Positions 25,507-51,600 of a DNA stretch of 64,000 nucleotides are shown here, one piece after another; positions within the stretch are counted from its first letter, which is position 1; the number at the start of each line of letters is the position of its first letter. Under the pieces are notes generated by a model. It did not search any database and had not been told where the DNA came from. It was given only the letters and a program-made list of their open reading frames with translations. The stretch covers positions 186,001 through 250,000 of the forward strand of contig JAQGDQ010000117.1 of assembly GCA_030141605.1 (NCBI GenBank), given 5' to 3'. This DNA comes from Tubiluchus corallicola. Lineage: Eukaryota; Animalia; Priapulida. A program made the position numbers and the translations under genes.

Positions 25507-27470
25507 GTCTGTTTTTGAATGAAGACAAAAGCACTAGCTTGTGATTGTCGCTAAAACATCTTTTAGTTAATGGTTGTTGCACTTATCATCATGTTATTCT
25601 GTGCTCAACATACAACAGCAATTTCGTCGTGTGGAAATTAAAATTATGTGTGTGTTACATACATATTCTTCGCACAAAATTTGCTTTTTGTAGCTCCAGA
25701 AAATCAATGTTTTGGAAAAGTTGCTTTTTATGGTCGTACGGCATTTTTTGGTATGTTTTTTGTAACTTCTCTAGCTTTTGGACTGGTTTCTTTGTCGTGC
25801 ACTAATTATGAGTGAGCCTTCTTGCTTAGTCATTAAGCAGAAATATTGTTTTTGAAAGCCATCATTTTGGAAGTTAAAAAAATGCTTGGCAGTGTTGTTA
25901 CATTTTCTGATATTTAATGTTTAGTAGGGGCTGTGACACGGCTCTTTTTTGTGGCATCTGGAATCTCCAACATATTCATCAGTACAGCAGGGGATTTATT
26001 CAAAATTAAATAACTTTAGTTAAAGAACCATTGGTAAAATGTTTTTTTGACAATATAACAACAAAAGGATAACATAAAAACCAAGTTGCATTTTGGATGT
26101 AACTTTCTGCTTGTCAAAATTTAAATGCAGAAATTAGGACGCAAGAGATTTATTATCCTTTCTGTTGCATTTTTATACTAGTCCGTGCTTATAGTTCTTG
26201 TTTAGCGTTGATCCTTCTATTGTAATAAGATTAGATAGCATCATATATTATGTATGAATTATTATTTCTGCCACATGTTCATTCACATTTTTTTGTGAAT
26301 TGCTTTCTGCTATTACCTTCATTATCTTTTCATTCAATTGTAACGATTGCTACTAATCAGTTGATATTGTGTTGCAAGCATTGTCCTAGCAAGAAAATAA
26401 TAGTCAGTCTTTGATACTTATTATGTAATTAAATGATTTTTAATTTACATTGTACTTCCTTAGTCTTTTAAATGTGTAACTAGATGAGGTTGTCCACCGA
26501 TGTACTTTAGAAGCAGACTTGGAGACAGTTTTTACTTCTGAATCGTGATGCTTGACTATTGAACTAAGGTTTTATGTTGTACAGTAAATTGCTCTTGAAC
26601 TAAATAAATTTTATATAAAAGTAACTGGCATTATGCTTTTATTAACAATGGAACCTTAGTATAACATAAACCATAAGTGACTAGCAATATAATTTGTGTT
26701 GTAATCTTCTGAGATTTATGAGAATCTGTTCAGCATATTGGCTTCGGTGTGTTTAAATTGCATGGTCGTGTAATTAAAGATTCACTGTTTAAATTGGGAT
26801 CACGTAGTTCATGTATTTCAAACAATTGAAATTTGCAGTTTAACACGTACAGTTGTCTCAGCATATGTCTAGACTGTTTAATATACATGTAAGACATGCG
26901 CCCAAAATGTTTTTGAAGTCGCATAAATGAGAAACTGCCTATTATTTTGTAGTAAAATTTTTTGCTTACCATAGAGGGTACAACAGCTTGTAGAATATGT
27001 GCATAGGATGTCTGTAATCGTGTTAAAGTGATTTAACGTAAAAGTACTTTTAGCCTTCGTCAGTGGGTTTTAGATTCAAACAATTTGCAGTTTTATTCTC
27101 AATACTAATGTCATTTTAATTTCGAAAATTTTTGCCCATTACGAATATACGCTTACTAATCCTTCCTACCTTACCTTAGGATACCTTGGAATGTTTCAAT
27201 AAAGTAAAACTTCAGCCAAATCTTGCATATATGTCAGACTTCATATCATCGATTGAGGCCTTATTTCTCAAAGCAATATATTAACCCCTTTAAATATTTA
27301 GCTTACTAGTCTTCTGTCCGTTGTGTAAATATTTATTTTATTTGTCTTATTAAGTAGCGATTTTTAATTATTTTTTTTAAAGTTATATGGCACCCTTGTA
27401 CTTAATAAACGTAAAATGAAATAATAAAATAATTTTCCAACTGAACTGCAGAGAGCGCCACCAGCTAATC

Positions 27471-40628
<13,158 letters not shown>

Positions 40629-40999
40629 TTTGCGCTTTTGTTGAGATATCATAAAAATAACTTAATAAGCCCATGCTAGTCCAAATATGTGTTAATGATT
40701 TTGAATTAATTGTTGATTTTTAATAGCTGTTTTATATATAAATTGTTGTGCTAAATAAAGTATTAATTTGTATCACTGTTGGAATCTTCATCAAGTTTTG
40801 TTTTATTGCAATGCTGTGACCCACAGTTATTTTTGGCAAATGTATAACAACAAACTGTTAGTAGCTTATTTTTGCCTTTGCCAAACTGATAATGGTGCTT
40901 GTGATTTTTGGCTACAGAGCAGTAACTGCACATCATAGTGGGTTAACTATGTATTCCAATTTTAGAAGAAACTGAAATTATTAGCACGAGTTACTATTA

Positions 41000-42060
41000 T
41001 TGTGTCCTTGTCTTCATCCATGGGGTACTGCCTGCTAAGGGTCTTGACTATGGTCAGCATTTCCATGTAAAATATATTTCTCCAAATGTTAAACTCGTTT
41101 CCAATTCTGGAAAAGAAAGAAAAATTGTTGCCCACCAAAATAGTTCTTTGGGATCAGTGTGAGTATCCATGTTTATCCAGACAGCTCTTGAAACTGTTCA
41201 ATGAAGGGTATCCACCACATATTCAGGTAGCCTTTTGCATAGGCCTGGTGTTGCCGATGTGAAAAAGCGTTTTGTGTATCTACTATGTTGTACCTTGAGG
41301 TAATAATAGAGTGTACTTCATTTTAGTCAGAGCATGCAAACAACAAACATAAGCTACGAAGCTTTTACAACCAACTGATAAAGAATATATAAGATAGACA
41401 AGATAAAAAGTTTACCTATAAAAATATTCGTCCAAACAGCTTGAGAATGTATGCCTTCTGATTCTGCTTCACTCATATCCAAATTTATTGGCTAATCGTA
41501 GTAACTTTGCAGGATTTCTTAAACTCATATCTCTTAACTGTCTCACAATATTAAATAAGAAACTTTTCTATGAATCAGTCTGGAGTGTTGTTACATCCTA
41601 GCAGCTTCTTTAACAAGCTCATTTTGCGTCAAAAGTGACTGTGATCAACAATCAAATTTGGCAAAATCTTGTTCAAGAAATCTCCATATTTATTTTCTCA
41701 TAAGGTTGAGAAGTCTATAAACTTCAATCACGTCTGTCTATGAACTGAAAATCAGTTGAACGTTTGGTTAGATAATTTAACCGTCAGCCTTTCTTCATGT
41801 TCCAGGCATGAAATGTTGTTCACCCTCCTAGTTGCTCTACATTGTTCGTTTTTCAGTAGCTTGATGTTTCTCTAAGAAAAGCCTGACCATTATTTTACAT
41901 TGTTATGCTCCAATATAAGTTTGACTACTGTGTTTTACAGTGGAATAAACATGTCTACATATACGTCTGTATAATCAAAGGAGTATTTCACCATTCGTAC
42001 TTTGCCTTTCCTTTGCTTTTTTGCTGACAACAGTTTCAGCATCTGCCTCCTTACAGCAAC
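41000..42060 (-). mobile_element. CR1/L2-type LINE 3' fragment, intergenic
   Basis: Minus-strand remnants RATRRVNNISCLEHEERL, DVIEVYRLL and KRFF....RLPEYVV....FKSCLDKH. Confidence 0.6.
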
Positions 42061-42678
42061 CTTTCACAAATTAATTATTGTTGTGTTTGTATCAACAAGT
42101 ACAAGTTAGTTTCTGTAAATGTTTATTATTTTTTATGACAACATTATATTGATGTGATAAATTATACTTTTAGATACGCGATGGCGCACTTGTCGTTCAA
42201 CGTGTTTACAGTAGCAGCATATAACGGGTCTAGCGCGATTTTTCCGTGATTTTTGCCGTCAATATTTTAGTGATGTTTTCTGCAGAACATTATTTTTTGT
42301 AAACATGGCGTAATTTGAATGGTAAGGGAAGAGAATCTGCGTAAAAAGGTGTGCTTCAGTTCTGTGAATTGTGAAGGTGCTTACATCATTTCGTCTAAGA
42401 AGACGTCACATAATGACTATTTAAAATTCGCTGTCTTACTTTTAGCTTTACTGTCGTTTACCCTTAAATATCCTTAGTTTTCACTTTTTGGGCAACAAAG
42501 ACAGCTATAAGTAAGATTCATTCTAACTTTATATTGCCTATTATTTTACTGAATGCTTGCAGTTCAAAATCATGGTGTAAACGTGGCTGCCCCAAGAATT
42601 GTCGGTGTAACTATTAGCTATCTGCTAAAACTAAACAACAATCTTCGTGTGTGTTGTTACTACACGAGCGCCAGAAAA

Positions 42679-45600
42679 ATGGAAGCTCTCAATCAACACA
42701 CATTCAAGCTTTCAAATTTTGATGCCTTCGGATTTGATCTAGATCACACGTTATGCAAGTACAACATAAACAGTCTTTTTCACGTAAGTAAATAGCAACT
42801 GGTGAGTAGCTCATAGAGCCATATTTTTTCACCGTTTTACATAAAATAAAACTTAATCGAAATTTAAAAAATTATTCACTATAACATCTGATTATGTCAT
42901 ATCAAAAACAGACTTTTTTGAATATATACATATGTATAACTTGACAGGTAAAGATTTCTCCTTTTTGCCAGTTTTCATTGTTACTAGAACATTTTTGAGA
43001 TTGGTACATCATGACCATGCATATTTGAAAATTGGACATCTGCGATAAAAATATTGATCTTTAGTGTTCATATATTTATAATAACATGAAACTTTGACAT
43101 AATTTTTAGATAAAAGCTAATCAAATTGCTAAGTTCCAACCACCCTCAATTCAGAAAATAAGCAGTTTGCATTTCTAATCACTAATCTATTAATTAATTT
43201 CAACTGACATGATATGGTTTAGACCCCTTTTACCAAAAGAGATATTTATAGCTGATGGTGTATTTTTCTACAACGGGGGTGCTGTTCGGCAGGTGGAACT
43301 TAGCAGTTTGGTTAGCTATTGTCTAATAATTATATCAAGACTTCCTGCTTTTATGAATATGTGAATACTAATATTTTTACTGCAGATATCCAGTTCCGAA
43401 ATAATCACAGTCATGGTATACCGACCTCAACGGGCAAAAAGGGGAAATCTTTATATCCAAAAAGTCTATTTATTATACAGGATATATGTATCATGAAAAT
43501 TTCATTTTAACTGTAATGTGAGTTTTATGCCAGAACAGCTTAAATTTTTCTAACACATTTGTAATTGGCAGTTGAGTAAATAACTGTGTTTTGTAAATTT
43601 CTAGTTGACATACGACATTGCAACAAAATACTTAGTGGAAGAGCAAAACTATCCTCGTGATATATTGCGAGAAGAAAATAATCTTACAACAGCTTTGGAT
43701 GATTTTTAGTAAGTTTTTCTAAAATAGTGTTAATAGCTTTTTGTAAAAATATTCATAAAATTATGCATGCACAATTTTATCAATAGTAATAACAGCCATT
43801 ACAAATTTTTGCTTGGCTAAATTTTTAAAACCGAACATTAAGCGAATTTTATTTTCAGTGCATACATTGTACAATTTCACAATTAAGCGATTCTGTTAAT
43901 TTCTGAACTTGCAAATTAATACCAGCCAGAACGCCAGCAAGTAACATAAGTACTGTACAGCAGTAAACAAATTATTATGTATGGACAAATTACATGTATA
44001 ATTAATTTGTCAGCTAAAATTTTTCTTTACGATGCTGCAAATTTTGCAGTGCACTTGCATTTACACATTTTTCATATCATATGTAAATAATATATATGTG
44101 ATGATGCAACCTTATATAAATCATATTAAATGAGAATCACTTTATGTTGATCAGTGTCGTTTTTACAAGTGAGTGAAGTGAGTTGTGTTGCATTAGGCCT
44201 ACAACTCTATGATGACCAGCGATTATTATGTACTGATTTGGTATTCACGCAAAATTTATACACTAAATAGTGCACTGCTTTGAATGTGATATGCGTATCA
44301 GGGCAAGTATGCACATACTGATATTCGCGTTTGAGATTTGATTCTTTCTAAGAAAATCGGTCACCAGCTGTGACAGCTCAGCCAAATTCGAAAGGTTGTA
44401 AACAATTGCAATGCAGTATGTAATTTTCCTTACAGTAACATATTTAAACTGATGCGTGCATTGCATGTTCTGTTTAAACATGTTTAGTTTATCAAGCTAC
44501 TGTTTACATACCAGATATTAGACTAGAATTGACCACTGAATTTTGCTATATCAGGTGTTTTAAGGCAACTACCTCTGTACAGGATAAATGTGGCATAGAG
44601 TGAAAGCCTTAAAAATGTTGTTTTCCTTTTGTTATCAGGAAAATTGTTTTTCATGAAGGCATTTCAGCACCTTTACTTTTCACAATTTTTAGGCGATATC
44701 TTACTCAAAAAATGAAAAACCTTTCACAATTTGCCGGTTCATTTCTTTCTGAAATTTCTGAGTTGAGCTATTCTCATTCCCAAAATAGCTTCCTAAGAAT
44801 AAAGTGCCGAGTCTTTGATTATGTGCAGATCTTTCCCTAAGTTTACAGATTTTTTCTCCATCCTCAAACAGTTCCTCTTCTCACATTGGACTCTCCAACT
44901 GCTCTTGCTGAAACATGCAAACTCAGTTCCTTGTATCACCTTGGCAGCTTCAGTGCACACATGATTTTCGACAGGTATAATAATAATAATAATAATAATA
45001 ACCCTTATTTAAAGTCGAGCTTGAATTCTGCAAACAACACAAGTCTGTCATGAGGCTTTTATTGCCGACTGTAAATAACAAACTGCAATTACATAAGAGA
45101 GATTATTATTACCTCAGTTTTAGCCTGAATATCATGTACCAGCAAGGGCAACAGCAGGTACCATTTTTAAAGTCTTTGGTATGACCGGCTGCAGTATCGA
45201 ACTAGCGACTTCCTAAGTGGAAAGCGGATGCGTTACCACTAGGCTATACCATCTGGTGTTTGCCAACTCGTCAAAGTTTACAGAAATGTTAGGTTTATTA
45301 GGTGTTTTGAGCCTCTTGGATTGTGCACTCACTTAGCAACCACTGTTTACTTAGTGGCTGTATTAAATTTTTTTTAAAACATTCATGTTGGTAAAGAGGA
45401 CAATTGTGTATCTGTTTACTTGAGAAGTGCTGGTTTATTCAGATGGATCTTGTACACTTTCTTTCTATAAATTGTGCATTATTGAATTTAGCATTTATTT
45501 ACACCTGTGGCTGAGCTGCTATTATGTATGATCTTGTTGCCTTTCATTGTGCAAAACGACGTATTTGTTAGATTCAGTGTGTAGTTTGTAACTGCAGGTA

Positions 45601-48600
45601 GTGCATGCAATGCATGTCATCTGTCGCTATTGGTTAATAATTGGTATGTGAGTTTTTATGTGCAACCTAGAACATGCTTACAGTTTTAAAATATTTGATG
45701 GAGCTATACAAATTGATTATTATTAATGAGCAATAATTCCCATAAATTTGTATTGCATAAGAAATTTCTTGGTTAATGTTTTGTTGTAAGTTAAGGCACC
45801 TTTAGCTTCTTACTAAGCTTAACGCTTGAGTTTAAATTTTGCTTGGTCTAGAAATACATAATGCTTGCATCAGCTGTATGAAGCCAGTTTAGGCATTGAC
45901 CTTGAGGGTCCCAACACTACCCTGATGTTTGTAAACAAACTTTCCCGGGGTCGTTGGTTCATGTTTCAAGCATTCTGCACATGTGTTTTCATCAAAATTT
46001 CCAAAAAATGGTAATGAAATATTATGGTTGAACTTGCTCTTGCATTTGTGCAGTTGAATACAAGCTTATCAGAAGCTAGTTTTGTTTTTGTCAAACTGTA
46101 GAAACAAAGCAATTTGTAACCTATAATAATTAATTAATTAATATGAAAGAAACTCATACAAGTAATTTTTAAAATCATTTGTCCAGACTGAATAATAACA
46201 TTAACATTAACACTCTACATGGCTACACGCTGAACGTACTTAGATAGCTTTCATTATGTGTAATATATGTAATAACATTATAATAATATTGTTTTACGCG
46301 CTTACAACACCAGCTACCATTCTTTGAGTGTATTTTCAAACTTTTGCTTAGGCCAGGTAGTGATAATGTAAAAGTGATGATAAACATAGTGTTGCTACTG
46401 TAGCTTCTGAGTGGGTAAAGGACCTGCTACATGGTTAAACATCATCGGCCAGGCCCGGGGGTGTGTCTTTCTAGTCACGCCTAGTAGCTTGATCTGTTGC
46501 ACTATTTTATGAGTACAGACACTAAAAAAACAATATCCTCTTATTTTAAATGTCTGGATTTTAAATGTCCAAAGTCTTTCCTCACCAAAAGATATTGTGA
46601 GAGTGGGTCAGTTAAGGATATTACTATTTGAAGAGAGGTGACATGACACAGTGGCAAGAGATTTGGTGTCTTTTATTTGTCAAATCACATGCCAATACCT
46701 ATCAATATTTTCATCTGTTATCCATATTTTTATCCTTGTTGTTTATCATTTATAAATATTTTATGAAACAATATATGAAACATTATATATTTTGCAGCTT
46801 TAAAGGATTGTTACTGGATCAACAGAGAGGAAACTTTTTGAAGATTTGTAAAGATGGACACATAGTTCGGTATGTGCTTTTCCTTTTAGTTAGAAAACAC
46901 GTGTTTCTGCTAAGTTCAAACTTCGAACTAATATTTAGAAAATACATTTTCTGTATTTATTATTTAGACTCGTATCTCGGTTTGCTGGACCTTTCTTTAT
47001 TGGAAGAATCGGACAGAATATGGACCGTTGGCGGGCCGTCACTTTGTTTACATCATTACATCAGTTTAACCACATGTATATATCAAAATATAGAGTCAAT
47101 TATGCAGAGTTATTTGAGACAATTAGGCGATTCATACTTCATTACCTTGAGTCTAATACACGGCACCTACTGTATTAGCTTAGTATTGGTAAATATGGAC
47201 AATCCGCAAATTTGGACCAACTTTTCCCCGCCTTTTTCTGTAAACCGAGATGCGAGTGTATACATCTATATCGAACATGTAATTCTCTGCAATAAATTAT
47301 AAAAAAATACAAATTATATTAAAAGAAATTTATCAGGATTAGTACACACTGACAACTGAACAAACAAATATCAGTACGTAATGACAAATGGAAGAAAATC
47401 ACAATGCAGGGATTACTAATGATGGTATTGAATACTGAGTTATAAAATACTGTTTCTTTTATACGTGGTTTTTCTTTCTTTGTACTTTTCTCATGTTTTT
47501 AGTGGCTCACATGGCACACGTCAGCTGTCTGATGAGGAACTTGACACTTCCTATGGATGTGAGAGGCAGTGGAGTGGTGTAGCCATGTACAAGAAATGTT
47601 TGACTGAACACGGTGGTAAGTGATTGTAGGACATAGTATTCTGTGTGTTAAGTATTAGGCGGTGTAGGATTGGTACTTCATTTTCAATTTTTACTTGCTT
47701 TTACCTGGACGTTTTACATGGCGAGTCATTTGTGAAGGTTGAATGTTTCAAGCTTCATTGGAAAAAATACCATTTATTTCTTTATACTTTTCTTCAGATG
47801 AATGAAAACTATCTGGTGTTTTTGCTTGTGTCAACTCTTTCTCTTTTCTTTACAATTTTTATGAGCTCACGGTACCAGTTTTTCCATTTGTACATATCTG
47901 AATGACTTTTTCTTGAACTGATAACTAGAATATATTTTTATTTTGACAGTTTAATTCGAATAGATGGTTTGCTAAGCCAGTTGGAAAATCACATAATAAA
48001 GCAAGTAAAACTAAACAACAACAACAGTAGCAGTTTCTAGTTGTACTTTTTAAAACATAATAATTCTGTCTATAGACTGGCTAAACTGGTTTGACTTTGA
48101 ACTAGATAGGTCGTAATTGAATTTGGTTCCGATAAGAATGACTACAACACGTCCATGAAAAGTAACTAAAAATGAAAAACGAAAATGAAGGTCTTTATTT
48201 AGGAGGTGGTTTGAAATTAATACGTACTTTGTACATTTAGATTATGTACATTTTTATGTAATCTACGTACAAATTTACTAGATTAAATGGTAGCCTATTA
48301 TTTTATTGACCTAATTTGAACCCAGCTAAATGTCTGTCATTATTCTGTACTTCTAATACAATATTCTGTAAGAGAATGATTATCTGGTTTTGTTAATGAT
48401 TTTCCAATTATATTTTAATTGGCATGACTTGTTTGCCCATTCTGTTTTGTATTTTCTATATTTACCTTGATATGTAAATCGTACAAAAGTTTCTCGGAAT
48501 GACAGATTGAAGTGGAGTTCGTTATCTCAGTCACAACTTTTTATTCTACTTGTTGATGTCAATTTTCTTTCTTTTCAGTAAAGGCTATGCATTTAGATAA

Positions 48601-51600
48601 TCGTTCTGTATGTCTTTATAAGAAGACTGTCAGAGCATTTGCTTCACTCAAGAAAAATTGTAACTAAAGTCTCTAATTTTATGATTTTGCATTACACTGT
48701 GCTTGCATGATAGCCAAGTGTCGTCTGTTATCAATTTTTTTACGTACATTTTTAGCGTGTATTGCATCTTCCTATATTTATTTCTTTTATTTTGTCTGCT
48801 GCAGGAAATCTAGTTTGTACTTTATCTGCTACTTCTTAGTAAACGAATTTGACATAATTTCTGTAAATGTCCATCATAAATAATAATAAAAGTGTGAATG
48901 GGAAATTAAGCAACTCAGTGATCGTATTCAGTGAATACAAAAATTACTGCAAATTCATAAAGCTTGAGAAATCATATCTGAGACTTATTAGATATACCTG
49001 TGTGGTTCCTTTATATTATTTTCTTTATTTGTTATGTAAAAGCTTTGCTTTTGTATCCTAACAATCTGTTACAGTGTTATGGCTTTATTACAATCTGTAT
49101 TTTCAACTGTATGTGGAGTGATTATAATGAAGTGCAAATTCGTTTAGCTTGATCTGTAATTTCTGTCTATTGTCACACAACATTAAGTTTGTTGGTGAAA
49201 CCTTTTGTAATTTGAGTTTTTTCTACATTTATATAATGGAATATGATCTAAATTAACTTTTGATTTTTTTGTTTTGGTAGTATACTGATTACAAGAGCAT
49301 CAAAGAACCCTTTCTTGCACACATCTTATTCTTATTCTATGTCTCCTAAAAAATTTTGTTACTTTTTTAGTTTATGTAGATTATTTCCAAGTACCTCTAA
49401 CTGTCACGTTTGCTACAATCGTAGATGCCATGGACAAAGTGGTAAGTAATCAAAGTTTGTAGTCTTGCTTAAAAATAATCATTTATTTACATGTTTGTTT
49501 ATATGTTCGTTTTTTTATATGTTTTACTGGTTTGCTGGTTTGTTGGCTGGCTGGTTGTTTAGATGTTTTGTTGGTCTGTTGGCTGATTGGTAAGTTGTGT
49601 TGTCGTTCATTCAGCCAGTCGATTAGATGAATGAATGGTTTGTCGGTTTGCTGGCTAGTTGGTTAGATGGTTAGTTGAATGGCTGGTTGGTAGCTGCTTA
49701 GTTGGTCTGTTGGTTGGGTGGTTGATCGTTCAGCCAGTCAGTTAGGTAGATGGATGGTAGTGGGTAAGCAGTTTGTAAGTTTGTGTAATTTTTAATGATT
49801 TGGTTTGTGCATAGTGTGTAAAATTACTTGTGGGGCATGAGATGAGATACAGTACATATTGATTTCTAAATGTGAAAGGACATTTTTGATAGAACGTATC
49901 ATAAAAGAAATGCCAGGACAGGTTGGTATTGGCTTTAAAGAAAATTCACTAAGCAGCATACTTTAAATGTATTTAAAATATATATTTATCGTTATAAAGT
50001 AATTTAAAATATTCTGCCAACTACGTAGTAATGTTACTTTATAGAACTAAACATAATTAATAAAATTTCGTTCTTCCTGTTTTACAAGAAAAATATGAGA
50101 ATGTTAGTGTTAATACAGTCGTACTTGTATATTAGTGAACCACTCAAAATGAACAATTGTTTTATAACTACCGAAGTGTGCTTGTGATGGATTGTGATCT
50201 TCCTGTATGTAATGGCATTTTGTTTTATGCTATGCAGTATGACTTGTCCTTACTTTGCCTGCTTTGTTGTACGTTGACATTTTCTGCTCTCTTTATTTTT
50301 GTTCTCTCAGTGCTCTTTGTTCTTTCCTGCTCTGCAGTGTTCAACGCTGCACTTCTGTGCATTTTGTTCGTTATTTTAATGTTTGACATCCTCTGCCAAA
50401 ACCCTAATACGAGGGGTGACAAGCTAATGGTAGTTTCAATATTTATTGTAGCATGGTCACACCCTAAAGGATTACAGCCAGTTTTATGAAGAAGCACATC
50501 AGCCATTTAGGAATATGTATTTTCCGGATAATTTTGCAGGTGAGGAAAATGTCGAGAATGTCCATATAGCTTACCTGTGCAAGAAACAGTAAATTTTGCT
50601 GCAACTTCGTACTTTCTTATAGTTTCGTGTCACATGCCAAATGTTTTGACAGTTACATTTGTATTTATTTCTTACGTGTGTGTGGTGGGACTGTAATTTT
50701 TCAAAGGCAGGTACTGTTTTGTAGTACCTTTTGTTCGATAAAATATCGGGTCTGTCTAATAACAAATTGCACTAGTTCTCTGTTGTAACTGGCGTTATTG
50801 TATTTCCAATTTATATTGCACTGTTTCTGAGTATATCAATTGTTAATGCACTTTGAGGTACCAGTACCAATTCTCATAACTTATAAAATTACTTCTGACA
50901 TGCTGAAAATATTAATATCTGAATAATACACAGCTTGACGAATAATAAGACAATTTATTTTATAAAGTATAATCGTGAAAGTTTATGGTTATATTTCTTT
51001 CTGAGAATTTTGACATTGTGAATTACTGATCATTTTTTGTCCATATTGTTATAACTGAACGTAGGTTTGTGTAGCCTATGTATATGCACTTTAACTATTT
51101 ATGTGATTACTTGATTGCTTAAGCTACTTGTTTTAACTATGCATTGAAATATCTTGATTACTGGCATACTCAGAAATGGTATATGTAATGATCATGCTTA
51201 CTCGTCACATATCACTAACTTGCTGCTAATATGCAATGAACTATGAACCCCTTTGTGTACTGTATTTGTAGCGTTTTTACTTTTTTTAAAACTTGCTTGA
51301 TATTCTTTAATAGGGAAACATGTTTTTTTCTTAAAGCTGCTGTTCTAAGTCTAGTGGTAGATGATGGCTTAATCTTATGAAATACTTTCACACTATATTA
51401 TATATGATAATAGTATGATTATCATATATATGATATATATGGTTCTAGTATAAGCTGAAACTGGACATTGAAATTGAAACTTAATCCAATGAAGACTTAA
51501 ATTTCCAATTTTTTGGTCTTTAACAGTTGTGTATTTATTAAGAAGTTTTTATTTTTGTATACTTTTTGTCAGTTGGTATATAATTCTACTTGCAGAAAAT

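Noticed and set aside
45180-45253. tRNA gene on the minus strand
   Set aside because: A and B boxes are present, but I could not build a convincing cloverleaf and the sequence continues into a SINE body and TTA tail.
46628-47302. 224-aa + strand ORF
   Set aside because: Only 46798-46869 is coding (NT5DC1 exon 3); the rest is intron plus a MITE.
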